Notes: generated from the letters alone by a model not told the origin. A stretch of 64,000 nucleotides of DNA from Eledone cirrhosa (GCA_964016885.1 CAXHJY010000072.1:1-64000), one strand, 5' to 3'; positions 16,120-32,029 are shown, counted from the first letter of the stretch. Translations and numbers: made by a program.

Positions 16120-16593
16120 AGGAAGTAAAAGTAAAAATAAGAATAAAAATAAAAATAAAAATAAGAATAAAAATAAAAATAATAAAATAAACAATGAAAC
16201 ATAAGGGGTGCTATCAGTCACAGTTGGGCGGGGTGCTGTCAACATATAGTTACATACAAGCATACACATGGATAAGAGAACAGACAAGTGTAGATAAGAT
16301 AGATAGGATTAGGTAAGAGTAGGTAAAAAATAGGTGAAAAATAGACTTATAATATATATAAGAAAGTATAAAGAAATATATAACAAACTTACATATAAAA
16401 TATAAAATATACAGATAATAGTGATACAGGGTAAGGAATGAAATAAAATAAAATAATATAAAATTAAAATTAAAATTATATAAAATAGAACATAATATAA
16501 TATAATCATAAAATAAGATAAAATAAGGTAAACTAAAATAAAATAAAATAGACTAAAGTAAAATAATATAATATAAGATATAATTAAGTGTAA

Positions 16594-16625
<32 letters not shown>

Positions 16626-16657
16626 AATTAAATAAATAAATAAAATTAAAATTAAAT

Positions 16658-16693
<36 letters not shown>

Positions 16694-16800
16694 GTAAATA
16701 AATAAATAAATAAATAAATGAAATTAAATAAGTAAATAAATAAAATTAGATAAAATGAAATGAAATAAAATAAAATAAAATGAAATAAAGTAAATTGAGA
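16120..16800. repeat. A-rich low-complexity/(TAAA)n region
   Basis: Direct reading. Confidence 0.8.
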
Positions 16801-16862
16801 TAAGATATATATTTTTTTAGAATATATCTCTTGAATATATCAGGGGCCCGCGAAGGCACTAA

Positions 16863-18200
<1,338 letters not shown>

Positions 18201-18707
18201 CCTCTCCCCCTCTCTGTCGCACACACGAATAAATACACACACATATATATACATTCATATGTCCAGGAAAACAGTCATACACATCTCTCTCTCTCCACAC
18301 ACATACATAAATATATATATATATATATGCATACATATGTCCATACAAACATACATATCTCTCTCTCTACATACACACACAGACACACACATACACACAT
18401 TTATGCATACATACACACACACATACACATATATACACACAAAAAATAAATATATGTTTTATATATATTTATATAAATATATGCAAACACACATGTTTTA
18501 GTGAAATAAAGTTTGTATTTAATGTGTTAATGGCGTATATTATAGCAACTATACTGAAAATAAAGGGTTATGTGTTTAGCTAAAAGAACGAAAAACCCAT
18601 TCATATAAAACACTTTTCTTGATGTATGCTGCAAATAGTGGAGATTTTGTAAGCAGTTTATTTAATTTCTGGTTGAAATCATTTTACTTGACGTACATTA
18701 TTTTATC

Positions 18708-19233
18708 GGGGGTGGTGGCTTGGCAGTATCAGTAGAGAATCGGACACCATGCTTTGTAGCATAGAGTTACGGTCCTTTACGGTCTGAGTTCAAATCCAGC
18801 CGAGGTTAACTTTGCCTTTCATCCTTACGAGGTCGATAAAATAAAGTACCAGTAATGCACTGGTTAATTTGGTGGCCTTGTGCCAAAAGTAGAAACAATT
18901 ATTAATGGGGGGATTGACAGTATCAGTAGAGCATTGGACACTATGCTTTACAGCATAGAGTTACGGCCCGTTGCGGTCTGAATTCCGCCGAGGTTAACTT
19001 TAATGAATAAATAATAATTATTATTAATCGGGGGATTAACAGTATCGGTAGAGCGTTGGACACCATGCTTTACAGCATAGAGTTACGGCCCTTTATGATC
19101 TGAGTTCAAATCCCGCCAAGGTTAACATTGCCTTTCACCCTTACGGAAATAAAGTCGTCACTCTCTGGGGTCGATTTAATCGACTTTTTCTCCCCAAAAT
19201 TGCTGGCCTTGTGCCTATATAAGAAACCATTAT
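18708..19233 (+). mobile_element. Three adjacent tRNA-derived SINE copies (18708-18904, 18907-19000 partial, 19030-19233)
   Basis: A-box-like TGGCAGTATCGG, B-box GAGTTCAAATCC, conserved body CTTTGCCTTTCATCCTTACGGGGTCGATAAAATAAAGTACCAGT, tail GAAACAATTATTA; about 20 copies in the window. Confidence 0.8.
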
Positions 19234-19725
19234 GAAGCATTCTATGTACATTACATTCGCCCTTTACATTCTAAGTTTAAACCCCATCTAATTCACAGTC
19301 CCAACACCGCCGCACCCTAGGCCCAGAGCCGATCATCTTCAGCCATTCCCCCTCCTTTTCTTCTGTGGCCCTAGCGTCCTTGGTTTTCCCCTATTTTCCT
19401 CTCATTTATGGCATTTATAGCCCTTTCCTCTACTTTCCCACACAGACAGTATACCTTTCTTTACCCCTTCCCCGTTTTTTATTATTTTTGTTATTTATTA
19501 TTTTTGAGTGATTCGAATAAGAAATCCAATTGTTTAAAAAAAAGAGAAATTCACAGCTAGAACACACTGGATATATATATATAAGCAAAGGGATATTTAA
19601 TTTGTTGGTAATTCAACAGATATATATATATTTATAACAGATTCGAAGCACTCGACAGCTTTCTGGAGTATAATATCAATGATATTAATAAATGGAAACT
19701 ATATTTATAAAACCATATTTATTCT

Positions 19726-19777
19726 ATTATATATATTTCAAGGGTACCAAAATGTTGGTACGCTCTCATCATATAAA
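19726..19777 (-). ncRNA. Degenerate hammerhead (C3A), family of 21699 and 53621
   Basis: ttat-ATGATGA-gagcgtacca acattt tggtaccctt-GAAA-tata-TA-taat; downstream sequence matches the 21750-21790 segment. Confidence 0.5.
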
Positions 19778-19977
19778 ATACAAAAGTTGTTTTATAAATA
19801 GTGACATACCCCCCAAAACAAGAACTTATTATTTTAAATATATATATGTGTGTGTATGTGTGTGTGTGTGTGTACGTTACTTTATTTCAGCCCACATGTA
19901 AAACCCATATATATATATATATATATGTTGGTATATCTCAGCCGACATGTATAGCATATATATATATATATATATAT

Positions 19978-20143
19978 ATAGGAACGAGTAGGACCTCGAC
20001 GGCTGAGTCCAGAATTAGCCGTCGAAACGGCTTGAGCTCAGCCGTCGGGGTCCTACTCGTTCCTATTACCCACTCTACTACCCTAAGTATTGAGTACTTT
20101 GGTGCGTTATGGTCCACCTGGTTCCTTACCACATCTGCTTCGT
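19978..20143 (+). mobile_element. Fold-back pLTR-like element carrying the 3' half of a hammerhead (family of 29893, 41276, 52689)
   Basis: Inverted arms 19978-20007 and 20037-20066; GAAA-cggct tgagctc agccg-TC; tail with GTATTGAGTAC; (TA)n flanks. Confidence 0.7.
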
Positions 20144-20709
20144 TATATATATATGTATGTGTGTTGATTTATCTCAGCCGACATGTATAGTTCCATACAT
20201 GAACTTCACAGAACTTACATTGTAGAGCCCACTCAAACATATGACATTGTCGAACTTTGTTAAGTTGTTTTTTTTAAATAACTCATTTTTTCTTAACAGT
20301 TGCCTCTTAGAATTTTACATTGACCAACCAATTATAAATGACTTGTTCATTACGATGTATATTCTCACGATATGATGTCACGTTTCAACAAAATGCCAGA
20401 TATTTAAATAGTAACCACGATTAAATATAGATTGTTTGTAAGTCATAAATTTCATTACATATTTACATGAGATTAGAAAAACGTACAGACAACAAACTAC
20501 TGTTGGTAGGAAAGGTTAGGCGTACTATAGCACATCACTTACATAGTCCAAGTGTTCTTAAATAAAGTCGTTAACAAGACAGCTCGTTGTGTGTAATTAT
20601 AACTTACCAGAATGTTTATGTAAGTAATCAGAAGCTATTGCCACCTTGGTGAGGATCAGAAGTCAATATTGTATTAGAAAGGTAGTATGTTGAATAAATA
20701 GGTTAAGAA

Positions 20710-21000
20710 AAAACATGTTAGAAAGAGTAAAGATGGTAGGAGATCCATACCAACACAGAACAACACACTACAGGAAAACACAACACAGAACACAACACAG
20801 AACACAACACAGAACACAACACACCACAACACAGAACACACCACAACACAAAACTCAACACAGAACAACAACCACATAAAAACACAACACAGAACACACC
20901 ACAACACAAAACTCAACACAGAACAACACACCACAAGAAAACACAACACAGAACACAACACAGAACACACCACACCACAACACAACACTCAACACAGAAC
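20710..21000. repeat. Minisatellite built on a roughly 12-bp ACACAACACAGA unit
   Basis: Direct reading. Confidence 0.85.
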
Positions 21001-21041
21001 CTCGAGTATAGTTTGCTAATTTGTGTGGAACTAACTCCCAC

Positions 21042-21054
<13 letters not shown>

Positions 21055-21072
<18 letters not shown>

Positions 21073-21137
21073 ATTTGAAAGGGATATATATATATATATA
21101 TAAATATATATATATAAATATATATATATAAATATAT

Positions 21138-21168
<31 letters not shown>

Positions 21169-21570
21169 CAGATATATAAGTAGATATATATACATATATA
21201 TAAGTAGATATATATAAATATATATAAATAGATATATATAAATATATATATATACATAAATATAAATATATAAATATATATATATACATATATATAAATA
21301 TAAATATATAAATATATATATATACATATATATAAATAGATACATATAAATATATATATACATATATATAAATATATATATATATACATACATATATATA
21401 AATAGATACATATAAATATATATATACATATATATAAATATATATATATACATATATATAAATATATACATATATATAAATATATATATATACATATATA
21501 TAAATCTATATATATAGATAGATATAAATATATATATATATACATATATATAAATATATATATATATACA
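21055..21570. repeat. (TA)n compound microsatellite with AAAT interruptions
   Basis: Direct reading. Confidence 0.9.
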
Positions 21571-21572
21571 TA

Positions 21573-21888
21573 ATTAAATAAATGGAAAACTATATTTATA
21601 AAACCATATTTATTTCATTATATATATTTCGGGGATATCATATTAACAATATGCTATGCCTTCATCAGACAAAATACAATATAGTTTGCTAATATTGTCT
21701 GATGAAGGCATAGTATATTGTTAATATGATATCCCCGAAATATATATAATGAAATAAATATGGTTTTATAAATATAGTTTTCCATTTATTTAATATTGTA
21801 AATATACTCCAAGTATTTGTCGAGTGCTTTTATATCAGTTATAAATATTTACTAGTTGTAACCCAACAATTTTAAATATAACTTTACA
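21573..21888 (+). mobile_element. Fold-back HHR-bearing element (arms of about 100 bp plus 3' tail)
   Basis: Arms 21573-21672 and 21695-21794; HHR attg-t-CTGATGA(21699)-long stem II-GAAA(21737)-tata-TA-taat in both arms; (TA)n flanks. Confidence 0.75.
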
Positions 21889-22780
21889 TGTATATATATA
21901 CATATATATAAATATATATATATACATATATATATAAATAGATAGATATAAATATATATATATAGATAGATATAAATATATATATATAGATAGATATAAA
22001 TATATATATATAGATAGATATAAATATATATATATATATACATAGATATAAATATATATATATATAGATAGATATAAATATATATATATACATATATATA
22101 AATATATATATATACATATATATAAATATATATATATATATACATATATATAAATATATATATATATATACATATATATAAATATATATATATACATACA
22201 TATATATATATATATGTATACATATATATATATATATATGTATACATATATATAAATATATATATACATATATATAAATATATATATACATATATATAAA
22301 TATATATACATATATATAAATAGATAGATATAAATATATATATATAGATAGATATAAATATATATATATAGATAGATATAAATATATATATATAGATAGA
22401 TATAAATATATATATATATATACATATATATAAATATATATATATAGAGATAGATATAAATATATATATATACATATATATAAATATATATATATACATA
22501 TATATAAATATATATATATACATATATATAAATATATATATATATATACATATATATAAATATATATATATACATACATATATATATATATATATGTATA
22601 CATATATATATATATATATGTATACATATATATAAATATATATATATACATACATATATATATATATATATGTATACATATATATATATATATATGTATA
22701 CATATATATAAATATATATATATACATATATATAAATATATATACATATATATAAATATATATATATACATATATATAAA
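21889..22780. repeat. (TA)n compound microsatellite (TAGA/AAAT/TACA)
   Basis: Direct reading. Confidence 0.9.
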
Positions 22781-23029
22781 TATGAAGTATTTCCCAAGGA
22801 AAGAGTGCTCTATGTAGGCTACAGAGCGTTTTAGTTATGTAATAAACAGCATAAGATGATTATTTCATTTACCAGTGGTTTCTTGAAGACATATTTATAT
22901 GCCTTCAGTCGCCAGAACGAATAAAATGTCACTATTTTATTCGTTCTGGCGACTGAACGCATATAAATATCTGTCTTCAAGAAACCACTGGTAAATGAAA
23001 TAATTATCTTATGTTGTTTATTACATAAC

Positions 23030-23031
<2 letters not shown>
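22781..23031 (-). mobile_element. Fold-back element with an A6G-variant hammerhead in both arms
   Basis: Arms 22832-22927 and 22934-23031, loop GTCACT; ttcgtt-CTGGCGA-hairpin-GAAA-cca c tgg-TA-aatgaa. Confidence 0.7.
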
Positions 23032-23060
<29 letters not shown>

Positions 23061-23944
23061 ATGTGTGTATGTATTGATATACCCCTTTCAAATTGACATT
23101 TTATCAATTTTCTCCATGACAACACTGAATATTCTCTTCTCTTTCAAATGTTATCAGCTGTGTTATACATTTGAATTACATATAATAGAAGCGATTTAAC
23201 TCAACTGATGAATCGCTTGTATATAACGTTAAAAGAATTCATGTTTACTTCTTATTTTTATATTATCTATTTACTTTTGTTTTCCTTTCATATTTAGTTC
23301 AGCACATTAAAGTTGTTGACGAAAGCAGTATTCTTTTATTCTTTAGAATTCTTCAGCATGCTTCGATGAACATCAAGAAATAATCAATAAATTTTCTATT
23401 GACTCGGTTATTCATTTGACATTTTCATAAGATAAATACTGAGAGATTTACAGATAACGTGGAAAGCAGAGTAGATAGATGAAAGTGATATTAAGAGATA
23501 TAAAAGATAGAGAACAATTTTAGTGGGAGAGTGTATCGTTATGGTGGAACTTCAAAGATGATACGAAACTTCTATTGTTTGTATGAATATAAGCAGTTAA
23601 AGAATTAAATATTTCTTAATTATTGCACAATCAAAACCGGCTGACAAAATGTTTCGACACTCGCGACAAAGATATTTAGCTTATATATTCGTCACCTATA
23701 CATAACTTTTCATTGTCTGTCATATAAGTGATTAGATAAAGCATTCACACTTACATGATATCACAAAAAGGATATATATGAAGTTTTAGTCTATTCATAT
23801 AAAAAGAATACAATTGTATATATTTATTCCATGGAAGAGGAGATTTCTTGCAGACAGGAAAGACATGTCGCCGGGTGGTTTAATGGTTTAAACATATATT
23901 CATATGGATAACAACTGAATAATAGAATGGACTCTATAGAATAT

Positions 23945-24170
23945 GGTCTGTGGAAGAGCCGAACTCCCACTGTCATCGCCTCCATCTCTCTCGCCCTCCC
24001 CATCTCTCTGTATGGTGAGCAAATGGAGTCACATGTGCTGGCCTCCCCAAATCCCTGGCAGACAGAATCGAGAAGGCGTTTCCCCGAAGAGTGGTAAGGG
24101 AGATGCGCTGGAAGACCCATTCCAACTCGCAAGGCTCACACTTACGGCTGGCCAGCTCAGCGTCTATGTT
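23945..24170 (-). mobile_element. 3' fragment of a CRE-like (RLE) non-LTR retrotransposon
   Basis: Homologous to 42065-42303; encodes a W.FQRISL....GNA motif. Confidence 0.55.
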
Positions 24171-24341
24171 TCTTTACGTTTAGAGTAACTTGAACAATAA
24201 TTTTTACAAGGGCATATGGAGCAAAGTTGTTACGAAGTTGTTACACAGGGGCCACATATGTAATTAAGCTTCTCAATTAATTAACTATTTGGTGGACAGA
24301 CTAACTTGTGCATGAATAAGTTACCTGATTAATCATATAAT

Positions 24342-24535
24342 ATAATTGTTTCTACTTTTGGCACAAGGCCAGCAATTATCCCAGTGTATTACTGGTACTT
24401 TATTTTATCGACCCCGTAAGGATGAAAGACAAAGTTAACCTCGGCACGATATGAACTCAGAATGGCAAGGACCATAATTCTATGCTGCAAAGCATGACGT
24501 CCGACCCTCTACCGATACTGCCAATCCAACGCCCT
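24342..24535 (-). mobile_element. tRNA-derived SINE
   Basis: Reverse complement of the family consensus. Confidence 0.85.
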
Positions 24536-24538
24536 TAA

Positions 24539-25057
24539 TCTCCTTATAATATATAACCAGAAATTTCTCTGTCTGTCTGTCCGACAGTGGAAACACGTGC
24601 GCGCGTGCGAATGTTTTTTGCGCACGCGTAGAGAGAGAGTGAAAGAAAAAAACAGACTACGAGAGGGGGATAGCGAGAGGGAGAGAGTGAATAGACGCTA
24701 AAACACTTGCGCTAGGGCGAATGCTTTTTGCGCACGCGTAGAGAGAGAGTGAGAGTGAAAGAAAGAGACAGACTACAAGAGGGGGATAGCGGGAGGGAGA
24801 GAGGGGGGAATTGAGGAGTGCTACAGAAACATATATACATTTCTGTGTGTGTGTAATAAATATATATACACACACACAGAAATATATATATATATATACA
24901 CACAGAAATATATATACATTTCTGTGTGCGTAATATATATAATATATATATATATACAGATATACACACACAGAAATATATATACATTTCTGTGTGTGTA
25001 TATATATATATATATATATACTAGCAGAAAACCACCCGATGGGCGGTTTTCTGCTAG
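24539..25057 (+). mobile_element. Non-autonomous Helitron-like element
   Basis: 5' TC..TATAATATATAA..(CTGT)n; 3' hairpin plus CTAG, between A and T; the same 5' body recurs at 48338. Confidence 0.55.
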
Positions 25058-25198
25058 TCATATAATTTAATGAGAGAAAGGGACAGACTGGGATACACAA
25101 AGTCTGATAGGTATGTTTATTTTGAGTGAGGTGAGTGATTTTTGTCATAACAATACATACGTCTGCTTCGGAGTCACAGACACATATTCAACGATGGA

Positions 25199-25548
25199 AA
25201 TAATTGTTTCTACTTTTGGCACAAGTCCGAGCAAATTAACCAGTATATTACTGGTACTTTATTTTATCGATCCCGTAAGGATGAAAGGCAAAGTTAAACT
25301 CGGCGGGATTTGAACTCGGAATGGCAAGGGCCGTAACTCTATGCTACAAAGCATGGCGTCCGACCCTCTACCGATACTGCCGATGAAATAATGTTCCCCA
25401 ACATAGCCTCAGCATTGCTGCAACACGTGATGGAATATAACATAACTATTTATAATATTGTTTCTACTATTGGCACAAGGCCAGAAATTACGCAGTACAT
25501 TACTGGTACTTTATTTTATCGACCCCGTAAGGATGAAAGACAAAGTTA
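25199..25548 (-). mobile_element. Two tRNA-SINE copies (25199-25381; 25453-25548 partial)
   Basis: Family consensus match. Confidence 0.8.
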
Positions 25549-26499
25549 TAATATTACAAATTTATTTGTATTACATATCAAAACATGCATTTATTGATTC
25601 AGTTTATTGTATCCTCGATGTGAATTATAATTGTATTTGCAATGAAATCGTTTTGGATCTGCCCCCTCTCTTATCATTGACGCTCGCACTCTAATATTTT
25701 TGACAGAAACATATCGTAATGCTTTTGACAGAATATACGGATTTCTATCACGGAAATATTGATTTTAAATCAACGTTCCTCGAGCATTTTAATGAAGGAT
25801 GATTGCATTATTATTGCCTATAATATAATTGTTACTGCTTTTATTTCTTACGAGACTTCATTGCTACGTTTTATCCCTTTATGTAATTTAAATAATATTT
25901 GTGACGACAAATGTCTCGTGTGAATATTTGTTTAGGCGGAAACAAAGCTGAACATATCTTCTTGAAATGGAAGATCATAATTTATCTTCCTCCATACCTG
26001 AACAAGATTTATGCTGCCTTTTCATTTCATCCACTTATATAGATAACGTCATTTATTGCATGTTAACAGCTTCTCGGTGTGTGCTTTTAAACGCATTAAA
26101 CACGCAAATCCCGTCTTTTATAAACCGAATACAATCCATATTTCAATTACAGTTATCTTATATCCTGTAGGACATACGATAGAATTGAAGCAGATACAAT
26201 ATAAGTTTTGATTTTCGTTTTTGTTTTACACCACATAATACGTTTCGGAGAGGAACATTCTGGAAATGTGTTATAGAAAGACAGCAACATGTTAATAAGA
26301 TCAACATTACCGTCATAAAATGTAGAGATTTATTGATAATGGCTGTCTTAGCTTTCATAAAAAAGAATTTAATTTTAACTGTGTAATAGAAGATAGAATA
26401 AAATAACTAAATATGTAAATCTGAGGAAGAGAAGGAATATTTGGAGGGAAAGCGGACAATTATGATGTAACTAGAATTATTTTTCCATATCCCGACGCG

Positions 26500-26555
<56 letters not shown>

Positions 26556-26595
26556 GGGGTGTGTGTGTGTTTGCGCGCGCATAACCATACATTTA

Positions 26596-26766
26596 TCTAT
26601 CTATATCTAAGGCGGGTACAATTCCCGAGATCCATGGACGAGTTCTCTCCAGCGGTCTCTGTCCCTCATTATCGCTGCCATGTCCTGCGTCTCCAACAGA
26701 CCAGTGTCTGACCTTAGGGCATCAACATACGTCAACCTTGGTCTTCCCTCTTCCAGTATGTCCATA
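26596..26766 (-). mobile_element. RTE LINE 3' end fragment
   Basis: GRPRLTYVDALRSDTGL...DRDRWRELVHGSR plus (AGAT) tail; near-identical to 36722-36880. Confidence 0.8.
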
Positions 26767-27454
26767 TAAACGTACAAACACAGACGCTCTTACGAAAATA
26801 CACACTCACGGACATACATTGACACAAACACACACACATACATTCACACTTTCACCATCTCATTCCTTCCCTTTACACGCACATACATTCACGAAGGCAA
26901 GACGCGTAAAGAGAGAGGAGTAGTATGAGGTAATCGAAGTACTCCTCTCACTTTAAGTGTTGTGACAGAATCGCATGAATTTATATATAGATCGTATTAA
27001 GCTCGACACCAATGATTAAATGGAAGCAAATACATGACACCTTATTATGATGCGAGTGTGTGACAGAGACTATAGTGACATGTGACATCGTGTAGGGATA
27101 TTGAGACAAGGATATATTCTTATACTCTGGTAGGATATTTCTTGTACCTTGACATATGTATTGTGTATCAGAGACTATAGTTACGAAAGAAATCACCTCA
27201 AGGTAATTTGTATATTTTACATCAGGTTTCACGACGATAAAAGTTTCATTAGTGATGCAACTAATAAGAAGAAAGCTCATTTGAAACCGTCTTTACATAT
27301 CACAGCCCAGTAGTTTATATAATCTTTATTTTTTAGCTGCTTGTACTCTTTATTTTAACTATAAATCTGTAAAGTAGTTTTGATTTGGTCACATTTTCTC
27401 ATATGTTTCGTACTTCATTGCCTCCTTACCGACAACTGACGCTGTACTCCATGT

Positions 27455-27590
27455 CCGAACACAGTTGCCGAATTCCCGCTGTCATCGCCTCCATCTCTCC
27501 GGCCATCCCTATCTCTCTGTATTATGAGCAAATGGTGTACCACGTGCTGGCCGCCCCACCGCCCTGGCGGTCAGAATGGAGAACGCGTTT
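27455..27590 (-). mobile_element. CRE-like 3' fragment (third copy)
   Basis: Similar to 23960-24080 and 42170-42300. Confidence 0.5.
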
Positions 27591-27597
27591 CTGATTT

Positions 27598-27800
27598 AGA
27601 TACAAGTCCAACACACTTGGGGTGGGAAAAGTCAATTAAACCGATCCCAGTATGTTACTGCTACTTTATTTTATCGACCCGGTAAAGTTGAAAGACAAAG
27701 ACAACTTCGGCGGGATTTGAAATCAGAACGGAAAGGGCCGTAACTCTATGCTAAAAAGCATATTTTCCGACGCACTTCTGATACTGCCAATCCACTGCCT
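27598..27800 (-). mobile_element. tRNA-derived SINE (diverged)
   Basis: Family consensus match. Confidence 0.75.
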
Positions 27801-28079
27801 TTAGTAGCTTACATAATGCGATAGTAATGTGAATTCATTTAGACACGAATTTATATCAAATCTTATTTGTACTTTAAATTCGCCAATCATGAATAAATAT
27901 GTTTTTTTATTGTTGTTCTTGAGAGTGGATCAGTAAAAATTAAACAGAATAAGTCTTCATCTACATGGAGAATGTAAGATTTACATTGAAGCAGCCACTT
28001 AACCTAAGATTGAAATTATTCATTCTTAATTTTATTGGTGGTAGTTTAGGAGTATCAGGGACAGGAAACAGAGCAAAGG

Positions 28080-28617
28080 AAGTATTTTTTAAAACAATGG
28101 GCTCTGAATCATTTTCGCATGTAGAAAATATTAATTAACATATAACAATGCTAATATTTCAGTCTTCCATACATGACAGAAGGAAACAAAACGAGGAGAC
28201 TTAAAAAGAGGTACGGAGAGAGAGAGAAAGAGAGACGGGATTTGAAATAAGAAAATATTCTTACCTTCTACTTAGTATTGTTTCAATCGCTATTTGTTAT
28301 TTAATACAATAAGTAACACAATCCAAGCACGATAAAATCAAAAGAAAAGTATTTTTTAAAACAATGGGCTCTGAATCATTTTCGCATGTAGAAAATATTA
28401 ATTAACATATAACAATGCTAATATTTCAGTTTTCCAAACATGACAGAAGGAAACAAAACGAGGAGACTTAAAAAGAGATACGGAGAGAGAGAGAGAAAGA
28501 GAGACGGGATTTGAAAGAAGGAAATATTCTTACCTTCTACTTAGTATTGTTTCAATCGCTATTTGCTATTTAACACAATAAGTAACACAATCCAAGCACG
28601 ATAAAATCAAAAGAAAA
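28080..28617. repeat. Direct tandem duplication, two copies of about 268 bp
   Basis: AAGTATTTTTTAAAACAATGGGCTCTG at 28080 and 28347, followed by near-identical sequence. Confidence 0.9.
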
Positions 28618-29639
28618 AACAAAACAAAAGACCAGAACAAAAGCAAAGAAGTAGAATTATTGCAATAAAGAACACACAATACTGCAAATATTTAATTCAG
28701 CTACTGTAATTCCAATGTAATTCTATATAACAGGTTGTTATATAGATAGCGTGTGAAATTATATAAATATCAATATAGAAGAAAACACAACACAATCTGT
28801 AATAAAGTGTTTCTATATAGAATGAACGTAATAAATAAATAAATAAATGACAAAGGAATTGCTGTGGAACTAATACAATAAATATTGCATTACATTCAAA
28901 CTAAATCACATATTGAATAATAGTGATTGTAGTTGACTAAGTCACGCGACAAATATTGTGTACATACGATGTTTATGTTATATTTTATATACGAAAGTGT
29001 ATTGCTTCAGCACATATCTGGAGAATTTGTTGGGTGTCTATCAGCATGCTGAATATAGAACCACTAACATCTCACTCAAATCAAATCCTACCGCGTAGCA
29101 AGAAAAAGAAAACGAAAAAAGAAAAAAACGTTGAGTAACTGGATCTTAAATAACGTGCCAAAAATGGCGAATGAAATACTTTTGACCAATATATCTGTTT
29201 TATCTAATCTGACCTATAACAAAACAAAAACCAATTTTGTCCACGCGTCACAAACATTGATGTAATATATACATCTATACTTGGTATGTTAGAAATACCA
29301 GTGAAATTACAGTAATATCATACCCGAGCCTCTTTAAATAGGACAGTAAAGTTCTAAAGTATACAATTGCATATGTGTTAGATATGACATTTATCGAAGA
29401 GATGCTGGCATATATGCTTGTCAGAAACTGAAATGTCAAAAATGTCTTCAATGGCAGGTATATGAAAAACAAATACAAAATATATCTTTTATTTACATAT
29501 AAATACCAGTCTGATGAAAACGCATCGAATAACTGTTGCATAACGATGATTTTGATGTCATTAAAATGTATATAATGGGCATGATGTAATGAAATGCACT
29601 GATTTTGAATATGTGATTACTTCTCTCTTGCATTTTTTA

Positions 29640-29820
29640 ATATATGTACTCAATACCGAAGTATAGTTTTAATATTCATTTATATTAAAGCTAAAAAGCG
29701 AGTCTTTGTTACTCTGGAGTTTCACCTACTTATCACAGGGTGATCATACACAAGTTCTCTGCTGACGACCCTGTGACACTCCAAAGTAACAAGACTTTCT
29801 TTTTAGTCTCAATATAAATG

Positions 29821-29826
<6 letters not shown>
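29640..29826 (-). mobile_element. Degenerate fold-back HHR-bearing element
   Basis: Imperfect arms 29672-29746 and 29763-29826; combined arms give CTGACGA-ccct..agg t-GAAA-ctc ca gag-TA; GTATTGAGTAC on minus strand at 29646-29656. Confidence 0.55.
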
Positions 29827-29887
<61 letters not shown>

Positions 29888-29892
29888 AACAT

Positions 29893-30098
29893 AGAAGAAA
29901 ACAGTCAGGACGCCGACGGGTGTACTCCGGCGGTTTCGGCAGCTAGATCTAAACTAATTCGGATATAGCTGTCGAAACGGCCGGAGCTCAGCCGTCAGGG
30001 TCCTGACTCTTTTGCTATTACCTACTCTACTATTCTAAGTATTGAGCACTCTGGTGCATCATGGTCCACCTGGTATCTTACCACACCCTTTTTGCTTA
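29893..30098 (+). mobile_element. Fold-back pLTR-like element with half hammerhead (19978 family, diverged)
   Basis: GAAA-cggcc ggagctc agccg-TC; tail GTATTGAGCAC..GGTCCACCTGG. Confidence 0.65.
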
Positions 30099-30700
30099 TA
30101 CAATCATATATAAATACATAGTTAAATGTGAGAGTGTGCATGTTCGTGAATGTTTAAGTTAGTTTAACTTCATGACGGCCATAATGAAATGTGAGAAACC
30201 TTTAAGAGAAAAGATTACAAAATAACTGACAGAATGTTATATCTATATTAAATATCTGTCTGTAAAAATATGTTTTGGCATGTTTAAAAAATATTCTTAG
30301 GTGAGAATGACCTTCAAATTTCATTTTATATTATATATATGTATGTGTGTATTTTAATTATTTAAAAATTATTTTTTAGTGAATTGACCCAACGGGTCAC
30401 TGGTGGTCTAGTATATTACTAAAATTCTGTGATTGCTTGCTTGCCTGTCTGTAATGTAATACAGCCAAAAGGGTGCATAATGGGAAAATACTTTGAAAGG
30501 AATTTCCCTGTCAAATGGGGATACACATGGAATAAAACAAGTTTCGCGTAAATCGGACCACGGGGTCCCAAGATATGGATTTTTTTCCGGGTACCTTCAT
30601 AAGAGAAATAGATAGTGGTTGTGAGAGACGAGATTGAACGAGAGACATAGAGGGAGAGGAGACAAAGAAGGAGAATGGAAGAGAGAGCTGGTGGTGTTGT

Positions 30701-30757
<57 letters not shown>

Positions 30758-30952
30758 ATGCGTATATATATACATGCGTTTGTGTGTGTGTGTCTATGAC
30801 CAGTATATATGGATCACAGACATCAACATATATATATACACATGCATATATATATATATATATTTTCGTTGACAAATATATCAATGTGCCCAGACACGCA
30901 GATATGAAGTAGCTTGATGGAGCATGCAACTATTGATATACTCTTGTTTATA

Positions 30953-30999
30953 GGCTCTGATGATACCTGCCTTAGGGTACGGATGAAACACTGTTAGCT
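30953..30999 (+). ncRNA. Minimal type I hammerhead ribozyme
   Basis: ggct-CTGATGA(30957)-tacctgccttagggtacggat-GAAA-cactg-TT-agct; intact core, imperfect stem II. Confidence 0.65.
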
Positions 31000-31054
31000 A
31001 ATAAAACAATGTATTTCTAAGCACTCTTTAGTTATTCCTAAACCTATATATATA

Positions 31055-31096
<42 letters not shown>

Positions 31097-31138
31097 CATA
31101 CACACGTATATATATGGGCCTTCCAGTTTTATTTCACA

Positions 31139-31918
31139 CTAGCAGTAAAGCCCGGCGTTGCTCGGGGTCGCTCAGTAGCTGTGTTAAAGTTACAATGTTA
31201 AGTTTCTTTTTTGGCTTAAAAACTGTAATGTCTACTGTGCAGACTTGCATGTGGTGTTTTTGATTAATATTTCCTCAACCAACAATATGTCTTATGAAGT
31301 TAAGAAAACATAACGATAACCCGAATGTTATAACAAAAGAGGATGCTGGGGATAAAAACTGCACTGGTTATTTATTAACAAAGATCGAAAATGTAAACAC
31401 TGCAACGCAGAGAAAAACATTAGCGTAACCAAATTATCAGTTATGTCTGTCTGCACGCCTATATCACCTCTCTGCACGACTGTCTGTCTGCACGCCTGAA
31501 ATATTTGCTTGTTTTACGTAGTCTTTAAATAGACTTGTTTTCAAGTAAAAATATTGTTTAAAATGCTTTTAAATGGAAATGAAGCAAAACGGAAGCTTAG
31601 TGTTCGAACTGATGAATTTTGCAGGTCAATATTTTGCTGGCTCGACAACTGTTCGAGCCAGCGTAATTTTTTACGTAAGACGCTCAATGTAAACAGAACA
31701 AAGGGAAATAACTGATAACTTACGCTCAAAAATCGATACATTATATTCGATTTCGTCACATAGGGCGGGTCAATTTGAAATATTTTTTTTCCGATGTCTT
31801 CGCTAGGGCTCAATGTATAAGTATAGCAATTTCGGTGCAATTCCGTGAGAGATTCTAAGAGGAGATGTGTGCCAAAAATCGATAGACAGACAGACAACCA
31901 CAGTTTTATATATATAGA
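31139..31918 (-). mobile_element. Non-autonomous Helitron-like element
   Basis: Minus strand: 5' TCTATATATATAAAA..(TGTC)n; 3' CCCGAGCAACGCCGGG hairpin then CTAG; inserted between A and T. Confidence 0.65.
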
Positions 31919-31919
31919 T

Positions 31920-32029
31920 TATAAACATGTCTGTGTATATTTTAATTATGTAAATATTATTTTTAAGTGAACATGATTTAAAATAATATTTTGAAGTGAA
32001 TGTCACGCATCGGGTCACGGGTGGTCTAG
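31920..32029 (+). mobile_element. Helitron-like 3' end (related end at about 30335-30411)
   Basis: CGGGTCAC(G/T)GGTGGTCTAGT ends both segments, with similar upstream sequence. Confidence 0.5.
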